This document shows positions 37,334 to 48,200 of a stretch of DNA of 64,000 nt, in pieces. The stretch's first letter is position 1, and each line of letters starts with the position of its first letter. The notes beneath the pieces are model-generated. The model saw nothing but the letters and a program-made list of their open reading frames with translations. It made no database searches and was not told the DNA's origin. Position numbers and translations under genes: made by a program. This DNA is from Candidatus Caldarchaeales archaeon (GTDB lineage Archaea > Thermoproteota > Nitrososphaeria_A > Caldarchaeales > Calditenuaceae), in assembly GCA_039630085.1 (NCBI GenBank), contig JBCNVM010000003.1, positions 32,001 to 96,000 on the forward strand, given 5' to 3'.

Positions 37334-38857
37334 TCAGGTCAGGTACCTCGTGCCGCCGCGGACTAGACTCCTGTAGAGGACCGCCGCGAAGGCTGCCACG
37401 TAGATCAAAGCGGCCGAGATGACCGTCAGCGTCGGGGAGCTGGCCAGCGGTTCGAGGGTCCTGAGGACGAGGACCGGGAGGGAGAGGAGGGCGGAGCCCG
37501 CAAGAGGGACGACGATGAAGACCAGCGAGCCCAGCGAGAGCGGCGAGGACTCGATCCTGACCGTCAGGGACGCGAGCACCGCGAGGGCTGAGCCGAAGTA
37601 AGACATGGACGCGAGCAGGATCAGGTCCACCGCGAGGAACGGCAACTCCCCGACGCCGACTGAGACGAGCGAGTAGAGGACGAGCGAGAACGGTAAGGAG
37701 ACGGTCACGTAGGCCAACAGGAGGCCCGAGAGGTACTGCCTCTCGCTCCACGGCGACATCTTGACTAACCAGAGGTTCCTCCGCTCCGAGAGGCTCCAGT
37801 TTATCGCCAGAAGGGCGGGGAGCAGGGGCACATAGAGCGCGATCATCGTGAGCTGGGCCAGCTCGGGGAACTGGAAACCCCCCATCATCCTGGGGACCGC
37901 TGTGTTCCCGAGCGTGAGCAGTACGAGGATCGTCGCGCCCGTGAGAAGGCTACCCTCCCGAGCGACCCGCGTGAGGTGCAGGGAGTACATCAGTCCGGAG
38001 AGGCCGGAACTGGCCCTCAGTCCGAGCACACGAGACAGGACAGCTGGGATTGCGATGCGGGCCGTGATCGCCGTGGGTCTGTCCATCAGCGCCGAGACGA
38101 GCAGGGGCGTGACCGAGGGGTAGAAGTTCGTCCCCGAGAGCCTGAAGTACGCCGCCGACAAGACCGCGACGTAGGGGAGCAAGTACAGAAAGTCTGAGGC
38201 CGAGCCTCTTGTCACCGCGTGGGCGAGGATCAGGGCCGGGTGATACCTAAGCTCCGTCGGCCGGGGCACCCCGAGCGCGGAGAGCCCCAGGGGCATCAGG
38301 ACCGACGCCATTAGACTCCAGCCGAGGAACCTCGAGGCCCCTTCGCCCAGCTTCGTCCTCGAGAGCCCGATGACGTGGGACAGCAATATCGCCGTCGCCA
38401 TCGCGATCGCATAACACGGCATGGCGACCGTGAGGTACGCTACATGGGCCGGGTAGGTGATGGTCCATATCATGAGGGCGACGGGCGGCACGACGAAGAG
38501 GGAGAGCATGACGAACTGGAAGAGCGCGTCCGAGACGAGGAAGGCCCTTGGCTTGACGCGCGATGGCAGGACGAAGTCAATCTCGTAGGGGAAGGCAGTA
38601 ACCCCACCCTTCAAGCCTAGGTAGATGCCGGCAGCCATTACCGCAATCACGGTGACCTCGGTCAGGACGGGGAGGAATCCCGTGGGACCCGAACCCGAAA
38701 CGACGCCTGCGAACCGGAGCGCGAGCGAGAAGATGCCGGTCACGGCTAGCCAGAGGCTGTAGACGATTAAGAGGAAGACGAAGTTCCTCGGCCTGTCGAA
38801 GACGGACCCCAGGTAGTGACGGAGCTTGACCCTCAACAGGACGAGAGCGACCCTCAT
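37334..38857 (-). CDS. ABC-2-type exporter permease
   Basis: About 12 or more TMs; EIDFVLPSRV motif; coupled to the ABC ATPase. Confidence 0.75.
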   Translation of the reverse strand: MRVALVLLRVKLRHYLGSVFDRPRNFVFLLIVYSLWLAVTGIFSLALRFAGVVSGSGPTGFLPVLTEVTVIAVMAAGIYLGLKGGVTAFPYEIDFVLPSRVKPRAFLVSDALFQFVMLSLFVVPPVALMIWTITYPAHVAYLTVAMPCYAIAMATAILLSHVIGLSRTKLGEGASRFLGWSLMASVLMPLGLSALGVPRPTELRYHPALILAHAVTRGSASDFLYLLPYVAVLSAAYFRLSGTNFYPSVTPLLVSALMDRPTAITARIAIPAVLSRVLGLRASSGLSGLMYSLHLTRVAREGSLLTGATILVLLTLGNTAVPRMMGGFQFPELAQLTMIALYVPLLPALLAINWSLSERRNLWLVKMSPWSERQYLSGLLLAYVTVSLPFSLVLYSLVSVGVGELPFLAVDLILLASMSYFGSALAVLASLTVRIESSPLSLGSLVFIVVPLAGSALLSLPVLVLRTLEPLASSPTLTVISAALIYVAAFAAVLYRSLVRGGTRYLT

Positions 38858-39603
38858 GTCCTCACCCGAGAGATCGTCCTCAGGAAGGCCTCCTCCAGTG
38901 ACGCGGAGGAGTCGAGTCCCGACGACCGCTTGAGCTCATCGACGCTTCCGGAGGCCAGGTCTTTCCCGCGGTGGACGATCGTCGCCGAGTCGCAGACCCT
39001 CTCTATCGTGTCGAGGAGGTGCGTGCTGACGAGCACTGAGCCGCCGCGCCTCGCCGTCTCCCTCATCTCTGCCTTCGCGACGCTCTGGGCTTCGGGGTCG
39101 AGGCCGTTGAAGGGTTCGTCGAGGACGAGGATGAGGGGGTCGTTGACGATCGCCGAGGCGAACGCGACCCGCTGCTTAAGGCCCTTCGAGAGGCCGAAGA
39201 TCAGCTTGTCGAGGTAACCGTTCAACCCGAAGAGCTCCGCGACCTCCGAAACGCGGGTCCGCAACCCCGTCCCCTCGAGGCCCTTGAGCCTCGCGACGAA
39301 GACGAGGAACTCCCTCACGGTCAGGTACTCCGGAAGCGACGGGTTCTCGGGGAGGTACCCGATCAGGGACTTATGGGAGACGTCCTCCAGAACCGACCGG
39401 CCCGCTACCCTGACCTGGCCTCGGTCCGGCTTGAGCAGCCCCACGACGCACTTGACGGTCGTGGTCTTGCCGGCGCCGTTCAGCCCGAGCAGGCCGTGCA
39501 CGCTCCCAGCCCCTACGAGCAGGTTGAGGCCCCGGACCGCGAACTCACCGTCGAAACTCTTCCAGAGGTCCCTTACCTCTATCATCGTTTCGGTCAAACG
39601 CAT
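38854..39603 (-). CDS. ABC exporter ATP-binding protein
   Basis: GLNGAGKTT, LSKGLKQR, LDEP and STHLL motifs. Confidence 0.92.
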   Translation of the reverse strand: MRLTETMIEVRDLWKSFDGEFAVRGLNLLVGAGSVHGLLGLNGAGKTTTVKCVVGLLKPDRGQVRVAGRSVLEDVSHKSLIGYLPENPSLPEYLTVREFLVFVARLKGLEGTGLRTRVSEVAELFGLNGYLDKLIFGLSKGLKQRVAFASAIVNDPLILVLDEPFNGLDPEAQSVAKAEMRETARRGGSVLVSTHLLDTIERVCDSATIVHRGKDLASGSVDELKRSSGLDSSASLEEAFLRTISRVRT

Positions 39604-39734
39604 CCCTCTCCGTCTGATAACTGGGTGGCAGAACTTTTCCTTTCTCTCTGCGACCATATATTAGAGACCCAAATAATAGAAACAGTAAGGACCTTACCTA
39701 TGGGATACCCTTATCAATTGGAAACTCAAGACAT

Positions 39735-41531
39735 ATGACAATGAAAAAGCGAGACGCTCCCGCTAAGACCTCTAGCATAGTTATAAAGTTCAAAAGGTGG
39801 GACGTGCCCAAGAACTTCGAGGTTTTTGACAAGTATAAGGCGGGAATGAGCGAGGTCCTGATAGGCAGGGAGCCCGGCTCGCCGGCCCTGAAGTACGCGG
39901 TCCAGGATCCTCCGGTCAGCGACAAGGAGCTGGAGCAACTCGGCGAGCTCGCGGGCGAGCTCATATACACGGTTAGGTCGAAGGAGGAGTTCACAAAGGA
40001 GAAGTTCGAAGAGGCGCTGAAGAAGAGAAGCCTGCACAGCCCGGTCCTGCTCCACTACATCGAGAGGGAGCTGTGGGGATACGGGCCGCTGGCCGCAGTG
40101 ATGGCCGACCCCAAGGTCGAGAACGTCGAGTGCAACAAGGCCAACAGCCCGGTGACCGTCACCCACACGGACTACGGCAGGATCGAGACCAACATGGTCT
40201 TCACAGACGAGGAGCTGGACAAGCTGGTGATGAGGCTCGCGCACCTCGCGGGGAAGAGCGTCTCGATCTTCAAGCCTTTCCTGGACGGTGTGACGATCCC
40301 CGGGGGTCACAGGTACACCTGCACCTATAGGACGGAGATCTCCTCGAGCAGCACCTTCGCCATCAGGAAGTTCCCCGAGAAGCCCTGGACAATCACGAAG
40401 CTCTTACTCAACGAGACCATCACTCCCGAGATGGCAGCCTGGATCTGGCTGATGATCGAGACGAGGCAGGCTACGCTGGTCGCGGGGGTCATGGGCTCCG
40501 GCAAGACCTCGCTGATCAACGCGCTTGCTTCGTTCGTACCGCCTCACATGAAGATTGGGAGCGCAGAGGACGTCCCCGAGTTCAGGCTCCCCCATACTTA
40601 CTGGCTGAGGTACGTCATCAGGGAGGCCCAGACCATAGAGGGAACCGGGGCCGTTACCATCTTCGACCTCCTCAAGCTGCTGCTCAGGAGCAACGTCGAC
40701 TACATCTTGGTCAACGAGATCAGGGGCGAGGACGCGAAGGTCTGGATGCAGGCCGTCGCGACCGGGCACGGCGGGGTCACCAGCATCCACGCGGAGGATC
40801 CGGAGAGCGTCTTCGCGAGGCTCGAGCAGCTCGGAATTCCACCAGCCCACCTTTCGGCGCTGAAGGGGATCGCGTTCATCGGCTTCATCTTCCAGGACAT
40901 AGGGAAGGGCTACTTCAAGAGGATCAGGAAGGTCAGGGAGTTCTACGAGGTGAAGCTCGGCGAGGGCGAGAAGGAGGTCAAGAGGCTCTTCTGGTACGAG
41001 GCCGGCCCGCAGGGAGGCCCCCGAAGCATCCCCTTAGAGGAGTTGCTCTCCACCAACTCCGCCAAGGTGGCCTCAGAGTACTTGGGGCTCTCTAAGGAGA
41101 GGCTCAAGGAGGAGTACCTCAACAGGGTTGAATTCCTCAAGTGGATGAGGGACATGGCGCTCGCAAAACCCGAGACGGCCGAGATGGAGTACGTCAAGCA
41201 GTTCATGACGAACTTCTACATCGACAAGACCTTCTACAAGTCGATCCCCGTCCCCGTGAGAACCGAGCCCGTGCATAAGGAGAAGAAGGAAATTCCGGTC
41301 GTTAAGCCGAAGGTGACCATTCAGGGACTGACGCCAACAGTTGTGACTGAGGCTAAGACTGCGGCCGAGTCCGGTGATAAGGGGCTGGGCGACATCAAGC
41401 TCGTGGGCGTCGGCGACTTGGTCCTGAGGCCTCCGAGGGTGGTCAAGAAGGGCAAGATGGTCGAGGCTGAGGAGGAGGCGGAGGAGGAATCCGGCGGGAT
41501 TCTCTCTAGGCTCAGGAGGGAGAGGGGGTAG
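39735..41531 (+). CDS. Type IV pilus/archaellum-family assembly ATPase (VirB11/FlaI/TadA-like)
   Basis: GYGPL, FAIRKF, Walker A GVMGSGKTS, EDVPE, VNEIRGED and TGHGGVTSIHA. Confidence 0.93.
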   Translation: MTMKKRDAPAKTSSIVIKFKRWDVPKNFEVFDKYKAGMSEVLIGREPGSPALKYAVQDPPVSDKELEQLGELAGELIYTVRSKEEFTKEKFEEALKKRSLHSPVLLHYIERELWGYGPLAAVMADPKVENVECNKANSPVTVTHTDYGRIETNMVFTDEELDKLVMRLAHLAGKSVSIFKPFLDGVTIPGGHRYTCTYRTEISSSSTFAIRKFPEKPWTITKLLLNETITPEMAAWIWLMIETRQATLVAGVMGSGKTSLINALASFVPPHMKIGSAEDVPEFRLPHTYWLRYVIREAQTIEGTGAVTIFDLLKLLLRSNVDYILVNEIRGEDAKVWMQAVATGHGGVTSIHAEDPESVFARLEQLGIPPAHLSALKGIAFIGFIFQDIGKGYFKRIRKVREFYEVKLGEGEKEVKRLFWYEAGPQGGPRSIPLEELLSTNSAKVASEYLGLSKERLKEEYLNRVEFLKWMRDMALAKPETAEMEYVKQFMTNFYIDKTFYKSIPVPVRTEPVHKEKKEIPVVKPKVTIQGLTPTVVTEAKTAAESGDKGLGDIKLVGVGDLVLRPPRVVKKGKMVEAEEEAEEESGGILSRLRRERG

Positions 41532-41534
41532 CCC

Positions 41535-43196
41535 ATGGCGCTGGCAGGCAGGCTCGAGCGTTTCCTCGCGAACTACATCTACCTCAGCGGGATCAACGTG
41601 CTCCCGAGCAGTTACGCCAAAAGGGTCCTCAACTTGCTGATGGCGTCGGCTGCGCTCTCGGGTTTCCTGGTCTACTTCTCGCTGGTCGTCGTGGGAGTTC
41701 CGGCCTTCGTGATCGTGGGGGTGATGCCGCTCGCCTACTCCGTTTACCTCCTCTTCAGGCCCGTGGTCAAGGCGAGAGCCCTTGAGTCCGGCTGCGTAAG
41801 GGAGCTGCCCTACGTCGCCGCCCTCATGACCTCGTACGCTGCGGTGGGAATTCCGCCTCACAGGAGCATGGCGGTAGCGGGGATGAAGGAGAGGCTGTTC
41901 CCCTACTTCTCCAAGCTGGTCAAAAGGATCGAGACGGTCCGTATGGTGGCCGTCAAGGACGTCCTAGAGACGATCGAGGAGGAGGCCGACAGACTCAACT
42001 CGCTAACGCTCAAGGACTACCTGCAGTCGGCGGTCGGAGCCGAACGCGGCGGCGGTGGAATGTATAACGTCCTGAAGGACAAGATGAGGTCCCTGTTCAA
42101 CGATCTTAGGGAGAGGTACAAGGCCCTCGGCGATCAGCTCAGGCTCTTCGGGGACCTGCTGCTCGTCTTCTTCGGGGTGCTGCCGCTCCTCCTCTACACC
42201 ATGCTGACGGTCTTCGCGAGCGACATGGCCATCGACACCTCCAGGACCTTCACGTTCATCATCACACCGATGCTGGTCCTAGTCCTCGGGATTATGATAG
42301 ACTCGGGATATCCTTCTACCCCCCAGAGCTTCGATAAGTACTACGTCAGGACGCTCACCATCGGACTGCCCATCGCAGCCGCCGTCGCAGCCGTGATCTA
42401 CTTCTCACCGACCATGGCCGAAGCGGTGCTGGGTGCGAGGTTGCTTCAGTACAAGCTGGCCTTCGCGCTGGGCGGGGCCCTCGTAGCGATATCTGCAGTG
42501 GGAACGTGGATCTTCTACAGGGACTACAACTTCATGAACGGAGTGGACTTCGCGATCCCGAGCTTCGTCAGGGACCTGACCGAGGAGGTGAAGAAGGGGA
42601 AGAGCCCCGCGATGGCGATCATCTACCTCGCCGAGGCGAGGAGCTACGGGAAGCACTTCGACTCCGTTCTTCATCACATTGCGGCCCAGCTCAAGGTCGG
42701 GAGGAGCATCAGGGAGTCCCTCGAGCCGTACAGGGGGAAGATATCATGGAGGTCCGAGCTTGTCCTCGACCTGATTGCGGACGCGGAGGAGCTCGGCGCC
42801 CAAAAGGAGATCTTCGAGGAGCTGACCGAGATCAGCAGGGAGGTTAGGGACGCGATCAGGGTCGCGAAGGCGAAGACGACCGGGTTCAAGTTCTTCGGGC
42901 TGATGGTCGCGGTGCTGATGATCTTCATCGCCGCGCTGTTGATCAAGCAGATCATCATCCCTCTGGCGAACCTGGCGGTGACCGTCCCCCAGTCGATCGG
43001 CCTCGGAGGGATTAGGCTGCTGAGGCCCGATCAGCTCCCGATGCTGATTGATAACATCTCGGCGGGGATAGTGCTCAACGCGACCTTCCTCGGGATGCTG
43101 ACCGGGAAGATGAGCGAGGGGATAACAGCCGCGGGCTTTCTATATGCGGTCATCTACACCATCGCGGCGGTGATCGCGATGGGGGTGTTGTTCTGA
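41535..43196 (+). CDS. Type IV pilus platform membrane protein (TadC/FlaJ-like, two T2SF repeats)
   Basis: ELPYVAALM and IPSFVRDLTEEVKKG repeats, GMLTGKMSEG, multiple TMs; directly after the ATPase. Confidence 0.88.
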   Translation: MALAGRLERFLANYIYLSGINVLPSSYAKRVLNLLMASAALSGFLVYFSLVVVGVPAFVIVGVMPLAYSVYLLFRPVVKARALESGCVRELPYVAALMTSYAAVGIPPHRSMAVAGMKERLFPYFSKLVKRIETVRMVAVKDVLETIEEEADRLNSLTLKDYLQSAVGAERGGGGMYNVLKDKMRSLFNDLRERYKALGDQLRLFGDLLLVFFGVLPLLLYTMLTVFASDMAIDTSRTFTFIITPMLVLVLGIMIDSGYPSTPQSFDKYYVRTLTIGLPIAAAVAAVIYFSPTMAEAVLGARLLQYKLAFALGGALVAISAVGTWIFYRDYNFMNGVDFAIPSFVRDLTEEVKKGKSPAMAIIYLAEARSYGKHFDSVLHHIAAQLKVGRSIRESLEPYRGKISWRSELVLDLIADAEELGAQKEIFEELTEISREVRDAIRVAKAKTTGFKFFGLMVAVLMIFIAALLIKQIIIPLANLAVTVPQSIGLGGIRLLRPDQLPMLIDNISAGIVLNATFLGMLTGKMSEGITAAGFLYAVIYTIAAVIAMGVLF

Positions 43197-43197
43197 G

Positions 43198-44679
43198 ATG
43201 AGGGCTACGTTCGGTCAGCGGCCTGGGTCGAATAAGGGGGGCCAAGTCATGATAACTGCCGCTTCGGTCATGACGGTCATCCTGCTGATCGTCGCAGCTG
43301 GACTTCCCGTGATCAACGTCGGCATCGATCCGTCCAGCGAGGTTTTCGCCATAAAGAAGACGCTCTCGGAGAACATGGTCCCAAGGCTAATAGAGGAAAT
43401 CGGCGCCCATCAGTGCGCGTATCAGATGATTCATGGGAGAGACCTGCCCGCCGACAAGCTTAAGTCGTTGGCTAATGAGGTCGCCTCCAAGTTCAGAGAT
43501 CAGCTGACGAAGATCATAGAGGGCAGACTCAAGAGCGTCTCCGGCAAGGACTACGAGGTCACCAAGATTGAGGTGAAGAAGGCCTCAGTCGTCTCGAGCT
43601 GGGACAGAGGCTCTAAGGTCGCAGAGCTGAAGGTGGACGTCCGAGTGGACGTGACGTACAAGCAAAAGGGGAGTAACCGCGCCAACACGGTGAGTTACTC
43701 GGAGACTTTCCTTGTGACTAGCAGCCCGAGTAAGGGGGGCTTTTACAGGGAGCTGAGTCCTAACGTCGGGATCGTATCTATTATTTACTTGATAGTAGGA
43801 TTCTTGCCGATCGTGGGGCCCGCTACAGAGTTCCTGAAGTTCAGGAACGTGATGATCGGCTTCAACGTTGGTCTCAGTTATTTCGACGAGAATACCAAAA
43901 GGGACGTCAAGGTCGGAGCCCTCGCGGGGAAGCCCTATGTACACAATCACGGGAACACAAGACTAAGAGTCATCGGAGTCAACAGAGCCGGGTTTAAGTC
44001 CTTCGTGTACACGACTGACCCTACCATAGCCGCGAAAACCGGCGAGTACAGGGTTTGGAGGGCAGTCGAATGGACAGAATGGATGGGGGTGGACTGGGTT
44101 GGGGTTGCGCTGTCGGTCATACCACCTCTAAAATTAGGGAAATTTGTGACCAAGCTTCCGAAGGCTATGAAGTCTGACGAGGAACCCTCAGACGCACTCT
44201 ACAGCAGCATAGGAAGGTCTTATTGGGAGATAATGAGGACTCAGTTGTCAAAGACGTTCAATACTGCAGAGGTCAAGCCGACATCGAAGGCGCACTCCCA
44301 TGATCCGGGTTACTATCAGTACAGAGAGAAAATCAAAGACCCCCCAGCGGTACCGAACACGAAAGGACACCTTGATGATGCTTTCAACGCAGTCGACGGT
44401 GAAACGCTCATCAATACCATGACTGAGATCGTTGAAATTCAGGCTGAAAATGCGGTGACTCCCGACTGGTTGAAAAGATATCGTGAAGCCGCCCGGACGT
44501 ACGGTAAGATTTTCTCCGATATAGACGTCAGCGAGGAGTCTCTCTACTCCTCATCGGGTGCAGGGAAAATACCTGTCTTCTTCCAGAGGAGGGATCCTCT
44601 CCTGCTCTTCTCTTTCCCGCGACCTAACGGAATCAAGACGTACTCAGGCTGCATCTGGTTGACGGGGATACTGCAATGA
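43198..44679 (+). CDS. Large pilin-like protein or adhesin with atypical, AT-richer composition
   Basis: NKGG/QVMITAASVMTVILLIV class III-like signal; many A/T-ending codons. Confidence 0.65.
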   Translation: MRATFGQRPGSNKGGQVMITAASVMTVILLIVAAGLPVINVGIDPSSEVFAIKKTLSENMVPRLIEEIGAHQCAYQMIHGRDLPADKLKSLANEVASKFRDQLTKIIEGRLKSVSGKDYEVTKIEVKKASVVSSWDRGSKVAELKVDVRVDVTYKQKGSNRANTVSYSETFLVTSSPSKGGFYRELSPNVGIVSIIYLIVGFLPIVGPATEFLKFRNVMIGFNVGLSYFDENTKRDVKVGALAGKPYVHNHGNTRLRVIGVNRAGFKSFVYTTDPTIAAKTGEYRVWRAVEWTEWMGVDWVGVALSVIPPLKLGKFVTKLPKAMKSDEEPSDALYSSIGRSYWEIMRTQLSKTFNTAEVKPTSKAHSHDPGYYQYREKIKDPPAVPNTKGHLDDAFNAVDGETLINTMTEIVEIQAENAVTPDWLKRYREAARTYGKIFSDIDVSEESLYSSSGAGKIPVFFQRRDPLLLFSFPRPNGIKTYSGCIWLTGILQ

Positions 44680-45227
44680 TCAAGGCTCGAAGTCCCTCCA
44701 ATCGCAGCAGAGTGGCTCAGGCCAGCGTCACCTTTGTCGTCCTAACCGTTCTCCTCGCACTAGTGGGCTTGGGTTACTCGATGGCAACCCTGCAGCTGAG
44801 CGCGGTCGAGTCTCCCGTCTGGGACGCGGTCGAGTCTATCAACAGGGCTATCCAGAAGGTCTACGGCCTGCCGGAAAGGTCCGCGACGCTCACGGTGTAC
44901 GTGCCGAAGGACTCGGCGATCAGGATCGCAGCTCAGGGGGAGGACCGACTGGTGATTGAGGCGATCGGCGCCCTCGGCGACAGGAGGTATAGGATCCTCG
45001 ACGCTGACGCGTGGAACATACTCGACGAAAGGGCGACGAGACTGACTTCTGACGGCCGGCTGACCGTAACGTACGGCAGACCTCCCGAGCTGCCGATCAC
45101 GCTCTCAGGCCGCGAGGTTGTCCTAGGACCAGGGCGGCACACGATCGTGCTGAAGAACATCAACGGCTACGCGCTTCAAATCTTAGTCGTGGAGCGGGGC
45201 CTCCCGACCGAGGTGATCACGAGGTGA
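44676..45227 (+). CDS. Minor pilin-like protein
   Basis: RSRVA/QASVTFVVLTVLLALVG signal. Confidence 0.65.
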   Translation: MIKARSPSNRSRVAQASVTFVVLTVLLALVGLGYSMATLQLSAVESPVWDAVESINRAIQKVYGLPERSATLTVYVPKDSAIRIAAQGEDRLVIEAIGALGDRRYRILDADAWNILDERATRLTSDGRLTVTYGRPPELPITLSGREVVLGPGRHTIVLKNINGYALQILVVERGLPTEVITR

Positions 45228-48200
45228 AGACGTCGAGGCTCCCCCTAGCGCTTGCACTTTTGGCACTGCTCGCGGTCCCCGCGGTCGCCGAGAACTCCCC
45301 GCTTCCGCCCGGCGAGTCAGAGGACCTTGCAGTCGCGGTCGCGCCCTCGGGTCACCTCATGGTCTCTTACATAGTTGCTTACCCGATCGGGTCGCTGAAC
45401 GCGGTCGCCGAGGCCCTTCGTCCGACGTCGGATGGCTCCGCGGTGCTATTCATCAGCGCGAAAAAGTTAGCCAACAACGGGACCGCGTTCCTCGAGGTAG
45501 CTGGAGTGGCCGACGAAGCCCGGGTCGGCGGCGTCGCGAGAACTTTCGCCTCGGTCACCGGCCTGAGGTTCGAGGGGACTGGTCAGACCGGACAGTTCGT
45601 TGCGTCCGCGACGTGGAGGGACCTGATGAGGGTCGTCGAGGCACTGAGGCCCGCAACGGATGGTGGGTTCTCACCTCATCTGAAGAAGGAACTCCTTGAG
45701 AGGTTTGACGAGGCGACGGTCGTGATCAGCGTATCGAGGATGGGGTGGGGCGTGACGACTTCCCTCGAGGTGCGCCTTCTCAAGAAGCTTCAAGTCCAGA
45801 GCGACGCGAGGGAACACTCCGTCGATGTCCTGCGGGAGTTGGGAGTTAGCGAACTCCGGCCCGCAAGGGGAGCTCTGCTCAACGTGATCCTCATGCCGCC
45901 CTTCGGGACCCAGCGGTTCAACTACGAGGTCACGCCTAGGTCGGTCTCCCTGAGGCCTGTGGCCGAGGGCATCGACGCCTACTTCGCCATGCTCAACGGC
46001 TCAAGCGTCATCACATCGCTTCGCTTCGGGTTCGCCTATGAGTTCGGGTCCGGCGCGCTGAGGGACCTGCCGACGGACTTCCTTAAGTTCGTCGAGAGGA
46101 TCGAGAGGGCAGCAGCGCTCGTCAACAGGACCTCGCCGCCACCTCCCGCCTCGCCCGCCTCACCGGGGCAGGAGCCAAGGCCATCGGATGAAGGCGCAGA
46201 GGAGTCGCCGGAACCCGAGACCCCCGATACGGGAATCGTGGACAGGTCCCCTGCGGGCGGGCCCACGGAGGCGTTGAGGAGGATGCTTCCGCCGGTCGAG
46301 GGAGCTGGCAGGACCGTACAGATCGACCCGCTGCACCTCATGGTCATAGTCGTCTCAGCTACAGGATTCCTAGCCTTCGCGTCACTCTACGTGAGGGGCA
46401 GGGGACTGTCGAGGAAGGGAGCGGCCTCTCTGGTCGTGCTTCTGCTAATCACGCTCTCGCTGGCGCTTCCGGTATTGGCGATCAGCGCCGTCAGGGCGGA
46501 GCGCGCCTCGGGAGGACTCGAGTCGATACTGGAGGTTGAGCAGTTCCATCCTAGCGGAGCGCCATCAGACCTCGAGATACCGCTGCTTTTCCCGGGCTTC
46601 AAGAAGATAGACAAGGTGAGCAAGACTTTCATCTCGTTCGAGGACATCAACGTCGTCGCGACGCCGGGACTTCGCTCGCCTTACGTCCCGCAGGGCTACG
46701 AGAAGCTCCTCGCGACGTTGGGAATCGACCTCAGGCTGATACAGGTAGCTGGCCTGATACTCGGCGGAGGCCTGAACCCGCTCGGGATGTTCAAAGGGAT
46801 GACAGTCGCTCACGGCTCCACATCGGTCTTCTTGGTGAATGAGGAAGTGGGAGCCAACGTCTTCATCGCCTTCAAGGCGAGGCCGAGCAGCACGCTCAAG
46901 TCGATGCTGAACGTGATCAACAGCGTTTACAGGGTCGGTTACGCCCTATATCACTCGACGGTCTGCTTTCCGGGTGACGGCTGCCTGCACCCGATCGGTT
47001 GGTCGATGATGGTCGCCTCGACTCTGGCGGCCGTCGCTCTCGCCCTCATCGCGCCCGGCTTCGCGGTGTACGCGCTCGCCTCCTACCCGGTAGTCGTCAA
47101 CGACGAGCTGTACGCGACGCTCTCCTTTAAGGACGGCGAGTGGGCGAAGGACAAGGAGAGGCTCTGGCTCGCCGAAGAGAGGTACATGGTCTCTCTGGCC
47201 ATCCTGATCATGATACTGAGGGCTCCCACGCTCTCGGGCTGGAAGAGCTCCGAGAATCTCGCAGACATCCCGCTCACGGCTTCGTTCCACGTCTCCTCCG
47301 ACGCCGACTCGGGCTGGAAGCTGACCGAGTTACTGGGCGTCTACTCGGGCGACAGGGGGCTTAAGGTCTCGGTGGACTTCAAGGACGCTCTGGGTATATT
47401 CGAGCTCCTCGAGTCCCTCTTCGGACTCTTCCAAGGCGCATGGTCCTCTCTGGTCTCACACGTTGCGGGCTCGCTCTCCGAGCAGGAATCAGTCCTGAGA
47501 CAGATCGCGTCCGAACTCCGGTCGTTGAAAGTCGGTAACGAGCTTCTCGTGGGAGCGGCAAGCAAGCTCGACCGCGCGGTGACACTCCTCGCGGATGCCA
47601 GGCTGAAACTCGGCGCGAGGAACTGTGCGGGCGCTCTACAGAACGTCGAGGGCGCGAGGACTTCGATAAGGAGCGCGATTCAAGACCTCCAGCCGCTAGC
47701 TTCGGATTCAGGAATCGGGGCTGTCATACAGCATTACATCAGGGAACTCGAGAGGGTGGAGGCGTCGCTCGCCGAGTACACCGAGCAGATCAACGGATTG
47801 TGCGCGCCGTACAACTTCTCCGCAGAGCCGCCGACCGACCCCGAGACCATCCCCGACGAGAGGAAGCTCACCCTTTCGTTCATCGTATTGTCCGCCACGC
47901 CGATGGTAACTGAAGCCGTTCATTACAAGTCCAGCTCGACCATCTCGCTGCGAGCGTACTGGGGATGGAACCCGCTTCCGGGAATCGCGTACGGCTTAGA
48001 GAAGACGGTGAGGGAGATCTTCAGGTTCGCCAAGACCGTCGCCTACAACGAGCTGGACAGGTTGGACGGAGCCGTTAACTCCATCGCGGGCGAAGTCGCC
48101 GGGACGCTCTCGAGACCCCTCGACGCGCTGGTCGGCGGCTTAGTCGGCGGGCCGCTGGGCGACTTGGCGGGCGCCCTGAACCAGGTATTCGGACCGATCA

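Noticed and set aside
39735-43196. Archaellum (motility) operon
   Set aside because: No FlaH/ArlH, FlaF/G or archaellin-type genes recognised; the layout fits a type IV pilus.
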